Virus record (IMG/VR): IMGVR_UViG_3300025635_000150
Coordinates: 1 to 24,109 of that record
DNA length: 24,109 bases
Origin: a virus
Taxonomy: Duplodnaviria; Caudoviricetes
Strand: one strand, 5' to 3'
The notes beneath the pieces are model-generated. The model was not told the DNA's origin. It saw only the letters and a list, made by a program, of their open reading frames with translations, and did not search any database. Below, one piece after another: positions 9,146 through 16,821 of the stretch (its first letter is position 1; each line of letters opens with the position of its first letter). The translations under genes were made by a program, and so were the position numbers.

Positions 9146-9637
9146 TTACGCGGCGGTGACGTTCCGAACGGCCTTCGTGTACCAGTTGCCGTTATAGGCG
9201 ACCAGCACGACCGAATTGCCAATCGCGGCGGTAAAGGTCAGCGTGCCGCTCGACCCCTTCGCGTTGAAACCCACCGTCGAGCAGGTGACGACATGCGCCT
9301 GTGCGCTCGCGGCGATGATGGTGATCTCGAAGCGATCCTGCGTGCCTGCCGTCGGTGCAGCGAGCGTAATGGCCGCCGCGCTGCCCTTGCTCAGAAACAC
9401 GGTCGCATAGTTCGCAATCGTGATCGCCCCGTCGCCCGTGATCGCCTGCACCGCGCCCAACCCGCCGTCCTTGATGGTCAGACCGTCAACGGCCACACCG
9501 TTCGCGGCGGTCGTTTCGGCAATCGCATCGGTCGAGATGGAGGCGGAAGACGCCACGCCGTTGATGCTGAGGGAAGTGACTGTGAGCGCGGCGAGATCCG
9601 CGCTGTCCCCGTTTTTCACGTTCTGTGTTGCTGCCAT
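9146..9637 (-). CDS. Putative capsid decoration/virion protein
   Basis: 163 aa, Ala/Thr/Gly-rich, RBS GAGGTG, first gene after the major capsid gene. Confidence 0.65.
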   Translation of the reverse strand: MAATQNVKNGDSADLAALTVTSLSINGVASSASISTDAIAETTAANGVAVDGLTIKDGGLGAVQAITGDGAITIANYATVFLSKGSAAAITLAAPTAGTQDRFEITIIAASAQAHVVTCSTVGFNAKGSSGTLTFTAAIGNSVVLVAYNGNWYTKAVRNVTAA

Positions 9638-9661
9638 CGTTTACACCTCGTAAGGGTCTAG

Positions 9662-9684
9662 CAGGGCGTCACGCGGACGCCCTG
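9662..9684. repeat. Intergenic inverted repeat after the capsid gene
   Basis: CAGGGCGTC-acgcg-GACGCCCTG, no U-tract. Confidence 0.8.
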
Positions 9685-9704
9685 AGCGAACCGGATGCGA
9701 AAGA

Positions 9705-12134
9705 CTAGACCGTCAGGTTGTAGCTGACCGCCGCGGCCTTCGAGCTGGACAGCGTGGCGTGACGCGCGCGGAAGCCGATGCGCATCGAGACGATGATGAC
9801 GTTCGACTGCGCGAGCGCGATACGCGCCGTTTCGAAGTTGATGCGGCGCTTCCAGACCATCGCCCAGTACGGCGCGTACATGGTCAGGATGCGGCCCAGC
9901 GTGCCACCCGCCGCGGGGATCTTGCCCGCCGAGTTCGCGAGCGCCATCTGCCCGGTGCGCAGCACGTCCACGCCGTAGACCGGCGGAACGCGACCGTTGA
10001 ACAACGAGGCATCGACACCCGCCACGTCGCGCGTCTTGATCGCGAGCATCGCAAGCGCCTTCTGGTAGGTGATCGGGTCCACAATGTGCACCATGCGATC
10101 CGGGTCAGCCAGCGTGTCCGAGTCCATCAGGTTCATGTTGGCGAGGAAGTCGGCATCGTCCAGCGTGCCGCCGTCGCGGGACTGAGCGCTGTTCGTGACG
10201 AGCGCCAGCTTCAGCGCGCCGTCGCTCACCAGATACGCGGGCGAGTTGATGCCCGTGCCCGGCGTGCCATCGATGGCGTTGATGTTGGTGCTGGCGGTGC
10301 GGGTCGTGTCACCGTTGATCAGCACGTACTCCGGCAAGCGGATCGCCGCCTGATTGAGCTGGGCGTTGAGCTGCGTGACCAAGCCCTGCGCGATCACCGC
10401 GTCTTCCGACAGGATGTCGGTGTAGCCCACCGCGCCCGTCAGTTGACCGGGGGTCACGGTGACGCTCGACGTGCCGACGTAGCCGACGTTCACGACGGTT
10501 TCGGGGCTGCCGGAGCCATCAAGGTCGTTCGCCTGGGCGGTCGTGAAGAAGGTCGGGTCACTCGATTCGAGCGGCACAACCGCGTTCGACGCGCCGTCCG
10601 GCACTTCAATTTCCATCAGGTTCTTGGCGCGCAGCGCGTCCATGATCGGCTGGTGCCGAGCTTTTTCCCACACCTGATCGCCGTAGAACGTGCCGACCCA
10701 TTCCGTGCCCTGCCCGGCGATGTCGGTCGCCATGAAGTCGTCCGCGCGCTTGAAGGCGCTGCGATACGCGGCGATGACCGGGCTGCCGCTCTTGTCGTTC
10801 TGAGCGAAGTCGAGGCCACGGTGCGCGAGAGCGCGGGCGAAGCCTTCGCTCATCGGCATGTTGGCGCTGCGCATGATTTCCGCGAGGGTGAACATTTCGC
10901 TGTGACTGAAGCGCGCGTACTTCTTCGCTTCCTGCACGACGGCGTTCACATTCACGCCTTCACCGGGACGGCTCGCGCCGCGGACGATGGGCTGCGCGGC
11001 GGGCGGGGCGTTGCGTTCGGCTTCGAGCGCCGTGATGCGGGAGCGTAGGGCTTCCACGTCGGCGTTCTTCTTGTTCGCTTCCAGCGCGGCGCGCAGGTTC
11101 GCGAAGATCGAACGGGCATCGGCGGCGGGCGCGGCGCTCATGACGACTTCCACGACGGGGGCGGGTGCAGCTTCGGGCTGCGGCGCGGCGGCCTGTTCAA
11201 TCGCGGCTTCCACCGCGTCCGCACCGAATTCGGCGACGAGCTGTTGCAGCATCGCCAGTTGTTCAGGGGTCATCTGTTTCTCTCCTACAGACTCAGTTTC
11301 AACGGGTAAAGGTTGTGCTGCTGGGGCGTTCGCCTCATCTCCGGCGCGAGGCTCAGCGTGAGCCTCCTCGGGCGTCGCGGAACGGATGAGGGTTACTCCC
11401 GGCATGCGACTCTCCGCCGGGTAGCGTGTCAACGAAAGCTCTAAAAGCGTCCACGATTCGAAACTCCCATCGTCGCGGAATTTCGCAGTGTGTTCGCCGG
11501 TCGCACTACTGGTAAAAAGTTCGCCGCGCTGGAGTTCTCCAACGATGCGCTCATAGTGAGGACTGGAACGATCCAGTCGTCCCTCGAAGCGCAGACCTAC
11601 GGCGTCCGGCTGCACCGTTTCGATGTAGCCGACGGTATCCAGACCGATGATCGGGTCTTGGCAGTGTTCGTACTTGATGGGGCGACGGAATGCGCCGTTC
11701 TCGATATCGAGGTCTACAGGGCGTGCGGGATCGAAATATGTGCCATAGGCGTCCCGGTGTTCCGGGTCGCCGTAGATGTACACGTAGCCGTTCACGACGC
11801 CTTCCAGCGTGTCGATGCTGGCGGCGCGATTGACAAAGCGGTAAGTGACGACGCTTTGCCCGACGATGGATCGTTTCTGCTCCTCGTCCGGAGTGGTCGC
11901 GCAGGCACGTTCGATGGCATCCGCATAGAGCGGCGCGACACGGGCGATCTCGTCTTCGCTCAGCGTCCGGCCTTCGCATTCGCTGTAGGCAATGGCAATC
12001 GCCTGATCCTGCTTATGGCCTTTTTTGATGTACTCGGAAATCTTCTCCGAGACACAATCCGAGGCGCGTTCTTCCTGCGCCGCCTGCTGTGCGTCTACGT
12101 ACTCCTCAAGTTCGCTTCGAATGGCGTCCGTCAT
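9705..12134 (-). CDS. Fused prohead protease - scaffold/delta - major capsid protein (HK97-like)
   Basis: Likely start ATG 12134 (RBS GAGGA), 809 aa. N-half has HK97-type protease motifs (VNGY..YG...DAYG..FD, YEH, VG.I, DAVGL.FEG.L, TSS, ELSLT..PAE). Then a coiled coil and a capsid-like C-half (YVLINGD, YGVDV, RIGF). Confidence 0.88.
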   Translation of the reverse strand: MTDAIRSELEEYVDAQQAAQEERASDCVSEKISEYIKKGHKQDQAIAIAYSECEGRTLSEDEIARVAPLYADAIERACATTPDEEQKRSIVGQSVVTYRFVNRAASIDTLEGVVNGYVYIYGDPEHRDAYGTYFDPARPVDLDIENGAFRRPIKYEHCQDPIIGLDTVGYIETVQPDAVGLRFEGRLDRSSPHYERIVGELQRGELFTSSATGEHTAKFRDDGSFESWTLLELSLTRYPAESRMPGVTLIRSATPEEAHAEPRAGDEANAPAAQPLPVETESVGEKQMTPEQLAMLQQLVAEFGADAVEAAIEQAAAPQPEAAPAPVVEVVMSAAPAADARSIFANLRAALEANKKNADVEALRSRITALEAERNAPPAAQPIVRGASRPGEGVNVNAVVQEAKKYARFSHSEMFTLAEIMRSANMPMSEGFARALAHRGLDFAQNDKSGSPVIAAYRSAFKRADDFMATDIAGQGTEWVGTFYGDQVWEKARHQPIMDALRAKNLMEIEVPDGASNAVVPLESSDPTFFTTAQANDLDGSGSPETVVNVGYVGTSSVTVTPGQLTGAVGYTDILSEDAVIAQGLVTQLNAQLNQAAIRLPEYVLINGDTTRTASTNINAIDGTPGTGINSPAYLVSDGALKLALVTNSAQSRDGGTLDDADFLANMNLMDSDTLADPDRMVHIVDPITYQKALAMLAIKTRDVAGVDASLFNGRVPPVYGVDVLRTGQMALANSAGKIPAAGGTLGRILTMYAPYWAMVWKRRINFETARIALAQSNVIIVSMRIGFRARHATLSSSKAAAVSYNLTV

Positions 12135-12148
12135 ACCGTCCTCACTGG

Positions 12149-12179
12149 GAAACAAAAACGCCCACCGGAGTGAGCGTTT
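12149..12179 (-). terminator. Intrinsic terminator after the membrane-protein gene
   Basis: Minus strand AAACGCTCAC-tccg-GTGGGCGTTT followed by TTGTTT (one G-U pair). Confidence 0.7.
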
Positions 12180-12205
12180 GCTGCTTGCTGAATTGTGCTG
12201 TTTGC

Positions 12206-12517
12206 CTAGTCGTCCACCGTCACGGGCTTCGGCTTGGCTTTAGTGGTGCGCGGCTTGCTGGTCGTCTTCGGTTTGGCCTCGCCGGTCGCTTTCTTCGCAG
12301 GCGCTTTCGGCTTGCTGGTCGCGCTGACCGTGGCTCTCGCCGCTGCCTTCTCGTCCGTCTTCACGTCGAAGGTTTCGAACACCCACGTCTTGAACGAGGG
12401 TTCAAAGCCCCACGCGAGGAACACCGCGAGAACGGCCACCAGCGGCGATCCGTTCACGATGAGCGCCAGCGCGATCACGAGTGCGTAGTAACCGACCTGA
12501 ATCTGTCCCCAAAACAT
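12206..12517 (-). CDS. Small membrane protein with Lys/Ala/Pro-rich tail (possible moron)
   Basis: 103 aa, RBS AGGAGG, hydrophobic N-terminus YYALVIALALIVNGSPLVAVLAVFLAW, basic tail KPKAPAKKA...KPRTTKAKPKP. Confidence 0.75.
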   Translation of the reverse strand: MFWGQIQVGYYALVIALALIVNGSPLVAVLAVFLAWGFEPSFKTWVFETFDVKTDEKAAARATVSATSKPKAPAKKATGEAKPKTTSKPRTTKAKPKPVTVDD

Positions 12518-12548
12518 CTCGCACCTCCTGTCTACTTCGTCGTCCCGA

Positions 12549-12596
12549 CTAACGTAGCAGAAGTGTGCTTGTTTCGGTAGGCTAACATGCCAGAAG
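12549..12596. promoter_or_regulatory. Direct repeat pair CTAAC-N4-CAGAAG overlapping a possible extended -10
   Basis: CTAACgtagCAGAAG (12549-12563) and CTAACatgcCAGAAG (12582-12596), 33 bp apart. The minus strand reads TGcTACGTT within the first copy. Confidence 0.4.
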
Positions 12597-12599
12597 CAT

Positions 12600-13103
12600 C
12601 TAAGGCATGCTGACCACGCCCCACAGGGCGATCACCTCATTGGTGAGCCGTTCACCGGACTGCACCGCAAGGCGGTCAATCCGCGGGTAGCCGCTGGCTT
12701 CGTGCGAGGGCACTTGCCACAGGCCGACGACGAAGGCCGAACCGGGGCGGGTGTTCGAGATGGTAATCGCGGCGAAGTAGTTCTCAATCCGGCTTTCGAG
12801 TTTCCAACTGCGCTGAAGCAGCCCCGACCGCGCATAGCGTCCATTCGCGGTCGCCACCCTGCCCGTCCGCACGGCATTGAACCACCAGCCCTGCGCCCGT
12901 GCCTGTTTCGCCGGATTGCGCGACCAGATGAACTTGTGCCGGGGAACCGGGATCTGCCGCTGAAACTCTTTGTTCAGTCGGCTGCGTTCGCGCCGCACGG
13001 CGATCTTCGTGCCGTTCCGCATCTGCGCGGGGGCGGCTTTGACCGTCTTGCGGGTGTTCTCAAACGCCGCGCCGTCTGTGTAGGAGCGGGCGATGGTGGT
13101 CAT
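12600..13103 (-). CDS. Putative neck/tail-completion protein (HK97 gp10-like)
   Basis: 167 aa basic protein with YARSGLLQRSW...ISNTRPGSAFV motif resembling the RTG.L..S / N...YA..V pattern of this family. Confidence 0.6.
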   Translation of the reverse strand: MTTIARSYTDGAAFENTRKTVKAAPAQMRNGTKIAVRRERSRLNKEFQRQIPVPRHKFIWSRNPAKQARAQGWWFNAVRTGRVATANGRYARSGLLQRSWKLESRIENYFAAITISNTRPGSAFVVGLWQVPSHEASGYPRIDRLAVQSGERLTNEVIALWGVVSMP

Positions 13104-13312
13104 GGGACAAACAATTCGCCTGTTTCAGAGTCCCGTACTGCCAACTGACGAAACACGTCTTTGACAGCACCAACCCATGCGGCGCGGATTGTGTCGGTCA
13201 GGTTTTCCCATTCCGGCATCGGCAAACCCTGATAGTTCTTGAAGCCGGTTACTTCGCCGTAAGCGCGATAGGCGCTTTGTGCGTAGGGGATGAAGAACTC
13301 ATTCGGTTTCAT
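13100..13312 (-). CDS. Small hypothetical phage protein
   Basis: Likely start ATG 13312 (RBS GAGGA), 70 aa, AYRAYG...KNYQGLPMPEWENL...AAW. Overlaps both neighbours. Confidence 0.7.
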   Translation of the reverse strand: MKPNEFFIPYAQSAYRAYGEVTGFKNYQGLPMPEWENLTDTIRAAWVGAVKDVFRQLAVRDSETGELFVP

Positions 13313-16300
13313 GGATTGCTTCCTCATGCTCATGAACGTGATACGCCCGCGTGAACGCTTCTAGTCCCATGCTGGCAATCGCCCGGACAATCGGCGCGTC
13401 ATCGAAGAAGCGGGAGCGGTAGTATTTGCCGTCCTTCCCTCGGGCAGAGCAACCACAAGCCCACCCGCCGCAAGCGAGCCGTCTGTCACGGGGAAACCCG
13501 ATCTTGCCAAGCTCATCGAGCGTGAAGGTTTTGCCGTCGCGGGCTTCACAGTCCTCGCATGATTCATTCTGCGGGTCGCGTACCCACGTCACCTCAAGCT
13601 GGGGCGCGGCCTGCCGGAGCATCGTGTAGTACAGATCATCCAGCGTCTTATTCGCCCACAGCGCGACTCGAACGTCTACCTGCGCATCGGTAATTCCGCC
13701 CTCTTTGAACAGCTCGTTCTTGAAGTTGCGGATGTAGTCTTTGGTCTCCTGCTGCCATGCGCGGAACAGCGTCAGGTCGTCTTGCGAAAGACTTTCAATC
13801 GGCGTACCCGCATCGTCGTAGGCGTCATAGACCGTTTGCAGGCCGAAGCGCCGAACGATGCTGTTCATCTCGCCGTCGAATTTCCGCGCCGTCACTTCAT
13901 CAGCACGGGCCCGTTCAATCGCCGCGCGGATCTCCTGCTGGTAGCTGGTGCGCGTGTCGCGGTACGTGCGGAGGAAGTCTTTCGCGTCGGCAAAGACTGC
14001 GTCGGCATCCGCCTCGCCATCTTCCAGCCCGAAGCGAATGAATTCCGCGACGATGGCGGGGATCGCCCGCGTCGTAAACGGCGTGGTCTTGCCCTTCCGC
14101 CGGATGACCTTTTCCCACCGCTCCAAGTCGGTTTCCTGCGCGCGGCTGAGATTGCGGAGCGTCCACACGTGCGCGGGTTCGATGCCGTTCTTGTACGCGG
14201 TCACGTTTGCCCCAACCAGTGGGTAATTCGCTTCCGGCATGCCCGTCAGATCCACCGCTGTACCGTCTGCCAGTTCGCAGAGCAGCACGCCGACGATGGG
14301 CGGAAGAATGGGCGTCATGCCCGCCGCTTCCATATCCAGCGCGAGCGAGGTGGTGATCGCTTCCAGTCCATCATTCGGCACGACCGCGAGGTAGATGCGC
14401 CCCGCCGTCTCCGCAAAGCCCGCCGTTTCGAGATCAAGGGGACGGGTAGACGCGTAGTCCGCTTCACGGATGAAGCGACTGACCAGATTCGGCGACCACT
14501 GATCGAACAAGAGCAGGTCGAGTTTCCACGCGCGTTCCGATACCCACTGCGGATTAGGATAACCCGCTTCAGCGAGGAAGGCCGAGAGTTCGCGCCGCGC
14601 TGCCTTCACAAACGCGTGATCGGCGAACGAGATCGCCAGTTCCAGACTCGACACCGCGCGTTCCGTCGCGACCTCCGCCGAAGCGAGCAGCGCCTGCGGT
14701 TCAATCAGCGGCTTGTCGCCGTGATTGCACACGATCCCCTTCGGCGCGACCGCGACCTTGCTCGACCAGTAGATGGTGGTCTTCTCCGGCGCGTAGCCCA
14801 TCGTGATATGCGGGATCCATTGACCGGGCAGGCTGTAGCTCGACGGCTCGATGCCGCATTCCTGCGCGAGCTGGTACACCGTCTCCTGGAAGTCTCTCAA
14901 GTCCGCATTCTCGCGCACCCGGAAGTGGATCGCGTGTTCGCCAATCGAGTCGAACGACTTGAGCGATCCGATGCGGAGGGTCATCTCCGGCACGTCCACG
15001 AAGCGGAGCGCGTCAGTGAATGCGCGGGCCTTCGCGGGGTCGCACACGGGCGCATAAAAGAGCGTCACATGGAAGTCGGCGGGGTCATTCCAACTGACCG
15101 CCGGATAGCGTTCACGGAGTTGGCGCTGCAAGCCGACGAGATCCACGTTGTTCGAGAGGTCTAGCCCGACGAACAGGTTATCCCCCGTGTCGCGCTGTCC
15201 ATCGGCGAGCGCCGGGGTTTCCGGCGTTGTCACCGTCACATCCTGCGGGGTCGTCGGCGTGGGCGCGCCGAATGGGCTGAAGGGGATCGGGTTCTTCATG
15301 CGATCCACGTTCGCGTTCGCCAGTTCCGCGATCCGGTTGACCGGGATCACCGCGCCATTCAGCAGTACGACCTCGCCATTCTCGGCGAGACCTGCATCCA
15401 CCAACGGTGCGCAGCCCAGCGTCAGGCGGTGGAAGTAGTTGAGCGTCGCCGTCCCCGCCTGCCAGAGTTTCAGTGGTTCATCCGGCGCCCGCTTCAGGTA
15501 GTCGGCTTCCGGCTCCATGCCCACAAGCGCCCGCGCTTCATCGTGCGTGTACAAGCCGGACGTGCGCACGGCATTCGCCGTGTCCGCTTTCACGAGGTTC
15601 GAGTCGGCGAGCGCCGGGATCTTCGCTTCGTCCGCCTTGAGTTCGTAGGCGGCGCGGAAATCGCGGCTCGCCCACTGCTCATTCAAGGCAGGCAGGAACA
15701 CCGTGCGCACAAACGGCAGCGCGGCGTTTCGAATCAGGCTGACTTCCTTCGCGCTGTAGGTGCTGTTCGCGGACAGCGCGTCCGCCACGCCTTCCAAGCC
15801 GAGCAAGCCCAAGTCCACGTCGAAGATGACCGCGACTTCGGCGCGCACGTCCTTCTTCGTTTCGCCCATCATCAGGTCTTTGGGCGTGGCCTGAATGGGA
15901 ACCCATCGCGCCCCGTTCGGCATGACCGCTGTCTTGTGTGCGTTCCCCGCGCCCTTGAAGTTTCTCCGCCAGTCTTCACGAGCGGATGCCATCTTCTCGA
16001 CCGACACCTCTTGGTCGAAGGTGATCATGCCATCAATGCGGGCGGAATTGGTCATGAAGGCGAGCGCGTGCGTCACCGTGCCGAAGTCCAGCCCGATCAG
16101 GCGGTACGCCGCTTCGAGGCGGCTGATGCCCGTGCCATTCGGACGACTGTCGAAGGTGTTCGCTTCGATCAGGTCTTCGACTTCGACCCGTTCCTGCGTC
16201 CATGTCTGCTCATTGAAGATCATGTAGTAGGCAATCTGCGGCTGCCCGACCTCGACCACATTCACCGGATTGACCCACTCTAACCCGGTCGGCCACCCGC

Positions 16301-16715
16301 TGGCATTGCGCCGCTTGCGCAGAAACACACGGCCCCAGATATCCGCCGAACGCGAGGCGCGTTCGAGGATGAGGGGCGACTGACGCAGGAAGAACGCGAA
16401 CGGCGAGTCGGCATCGTCCAACCGATCCCCGGTCGGAAGCGTCGCATAGAGCGGGACTTGGGAAATGGTGTTCGCGCGGCGTTCCATGCAGGCGAAAGCC
16501 GTCGCGCTGACCGCGACCGCCCGTGAGAGTGTGGTCGCGTCAAGGGATGCCTGCCCGCCGAGCGCGCGGAGAATCGCATCGTTTAGAGACGCACCGGAGC
16601 GCGTCGTGCCGAAATCCGTAAGCAGCTCGTCACCGCGCGTAAAGGCAACACGAAGACCGCGCGGTTCTGGCGCTGTTTTTTGGGGTTGAAACCAGCCGCG
16701 CACGCGGTTGAACAT
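13299..16715 (-). CDS. Portal protein fused to 2H phosphoesterase, degenerate 2H domain and MuF-like domain
   Basis: aa ~65-405 HK97-type portal (AFACMERRANTISQVPL, GLEWVNP, GISRL, FKGAGNAHK.AV, T.DEAR...GMEP). HVT at aa549 and HIT at aa636. C-terminal W...SCEDC...DGK...P....L.CGGW.C.C. RBS GGAGG. Confidence 0.88.
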   Translation of the reverse strand: MFNRVRGWFQPQKTAPEPRGLRVAFTRGDELLTDFGTTRSGASLNDAILRALGGQASLDATTLSRAVAVSATAFACMERRANTISQVPLYATLPTGDRLDDADSPFAFFLRQSPLILERASRSADIWGRVFLRKRRNASGWPTGLEWVNPVNVVEVGQPQIAYYMIFNEQTWTQERVEVEDLIEANTFDSRPNGTGISRLEAAYRLIGLDFGTVTHALAFMTNSARIDGMITFDQEVSVEKMASAREDWRRNFKGAGNAHKTAVMPNGARWVPIQATPKDLMMGETKKDVRAEVAVIFDVDLGLLGLEGVADALSANSTYSAKEVSLIRNAALPFVRTVFLPALNEQWASRDFRAAYELKADEAKIPALADSNLVKADTANAVRTSGLYTHDEARALVGMEPEADYLKRAPDEPLKLWQAGTATLNYFHRLTLGCAPLVDAGLAENGEVVLLNGAVIPVNRIAELANANVDRMKNPIPFSPFGAPTPTTPQDVTVTTPETPALADGQRDTGDNLFVGLDLSNNVDLVGLQRQLRERYPAVSWNDPADFHVTLFYAPVCDPAKARAFTDALRFVDVPEMTLRIGSLKSFDSIGEHAIHFRVRENADLRDFQETVYQLAQECGIEPSSYSLPGQWIPHITMGYAPEKTTIYWSSKVAVAPKGIVCNHGDKPLIEPQALLASAEVATERAVSSLELAISFADHAFVKAARRELSAFLAEAGYPNPQWVSERAWKLDLLLFDQWSPNLVSRFIREADYASTRPLDLETAGFAETAGRIYLAVVPNDGLEAITTSLALDMEAAGMTPILPPIVGVLLCELADGTAVDLTGMPEANYPLVGANVTAYKNGIEPAHVWTLRNLSRAQETDLERWEKVIRRKGKTTPFTTRAIPAIVAEFIRFGLEDGEADADAVFADAKDFLRTYRDTRTSYQQEIRAAIERARADEVTARKFDGEMNSIVRRFGLQTVYDAYDDAGTPIESLSQDDLTLFRAWQQETKDYIRNFKNELFKEGGITDAQVDVRVALWANKTLDDLYYTMLRQAAPQLEVTWVRDPQNESCEDCEARDGKTFTLDELGKIGFPRDRRLACGGWACGCSARGKDGKYYRSRFFDDAPIVRAIASMGLEAFTRAYHVHEHEEAIHETE

Positions 16716-16821
16716 CGTGCCTCCGAAATGAAAAACGTGCTTCTTAGGGCGCGTTGGGAAATACTTGGGATATCATGGTGTTATCCACCTATCTTAATTA
16801 TACGGCGGGTGTCAATCGATT

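Noticed and set aside
8672-9684. Hairpins as a CRISPR or mini-array
   Set aside because: The units differ in sequence and are separated by whole genes.
12206-12517. Holin call for the membrane protein
   Set aside because: No endolysin nearby, and it lies in the head module with its own terminator.
16734-16755. Hairpin plus T-run upstream of the portal as a terminator
   Set aside because: The stem has several mismatches on the transcribed (minus) strand; too weak to call.
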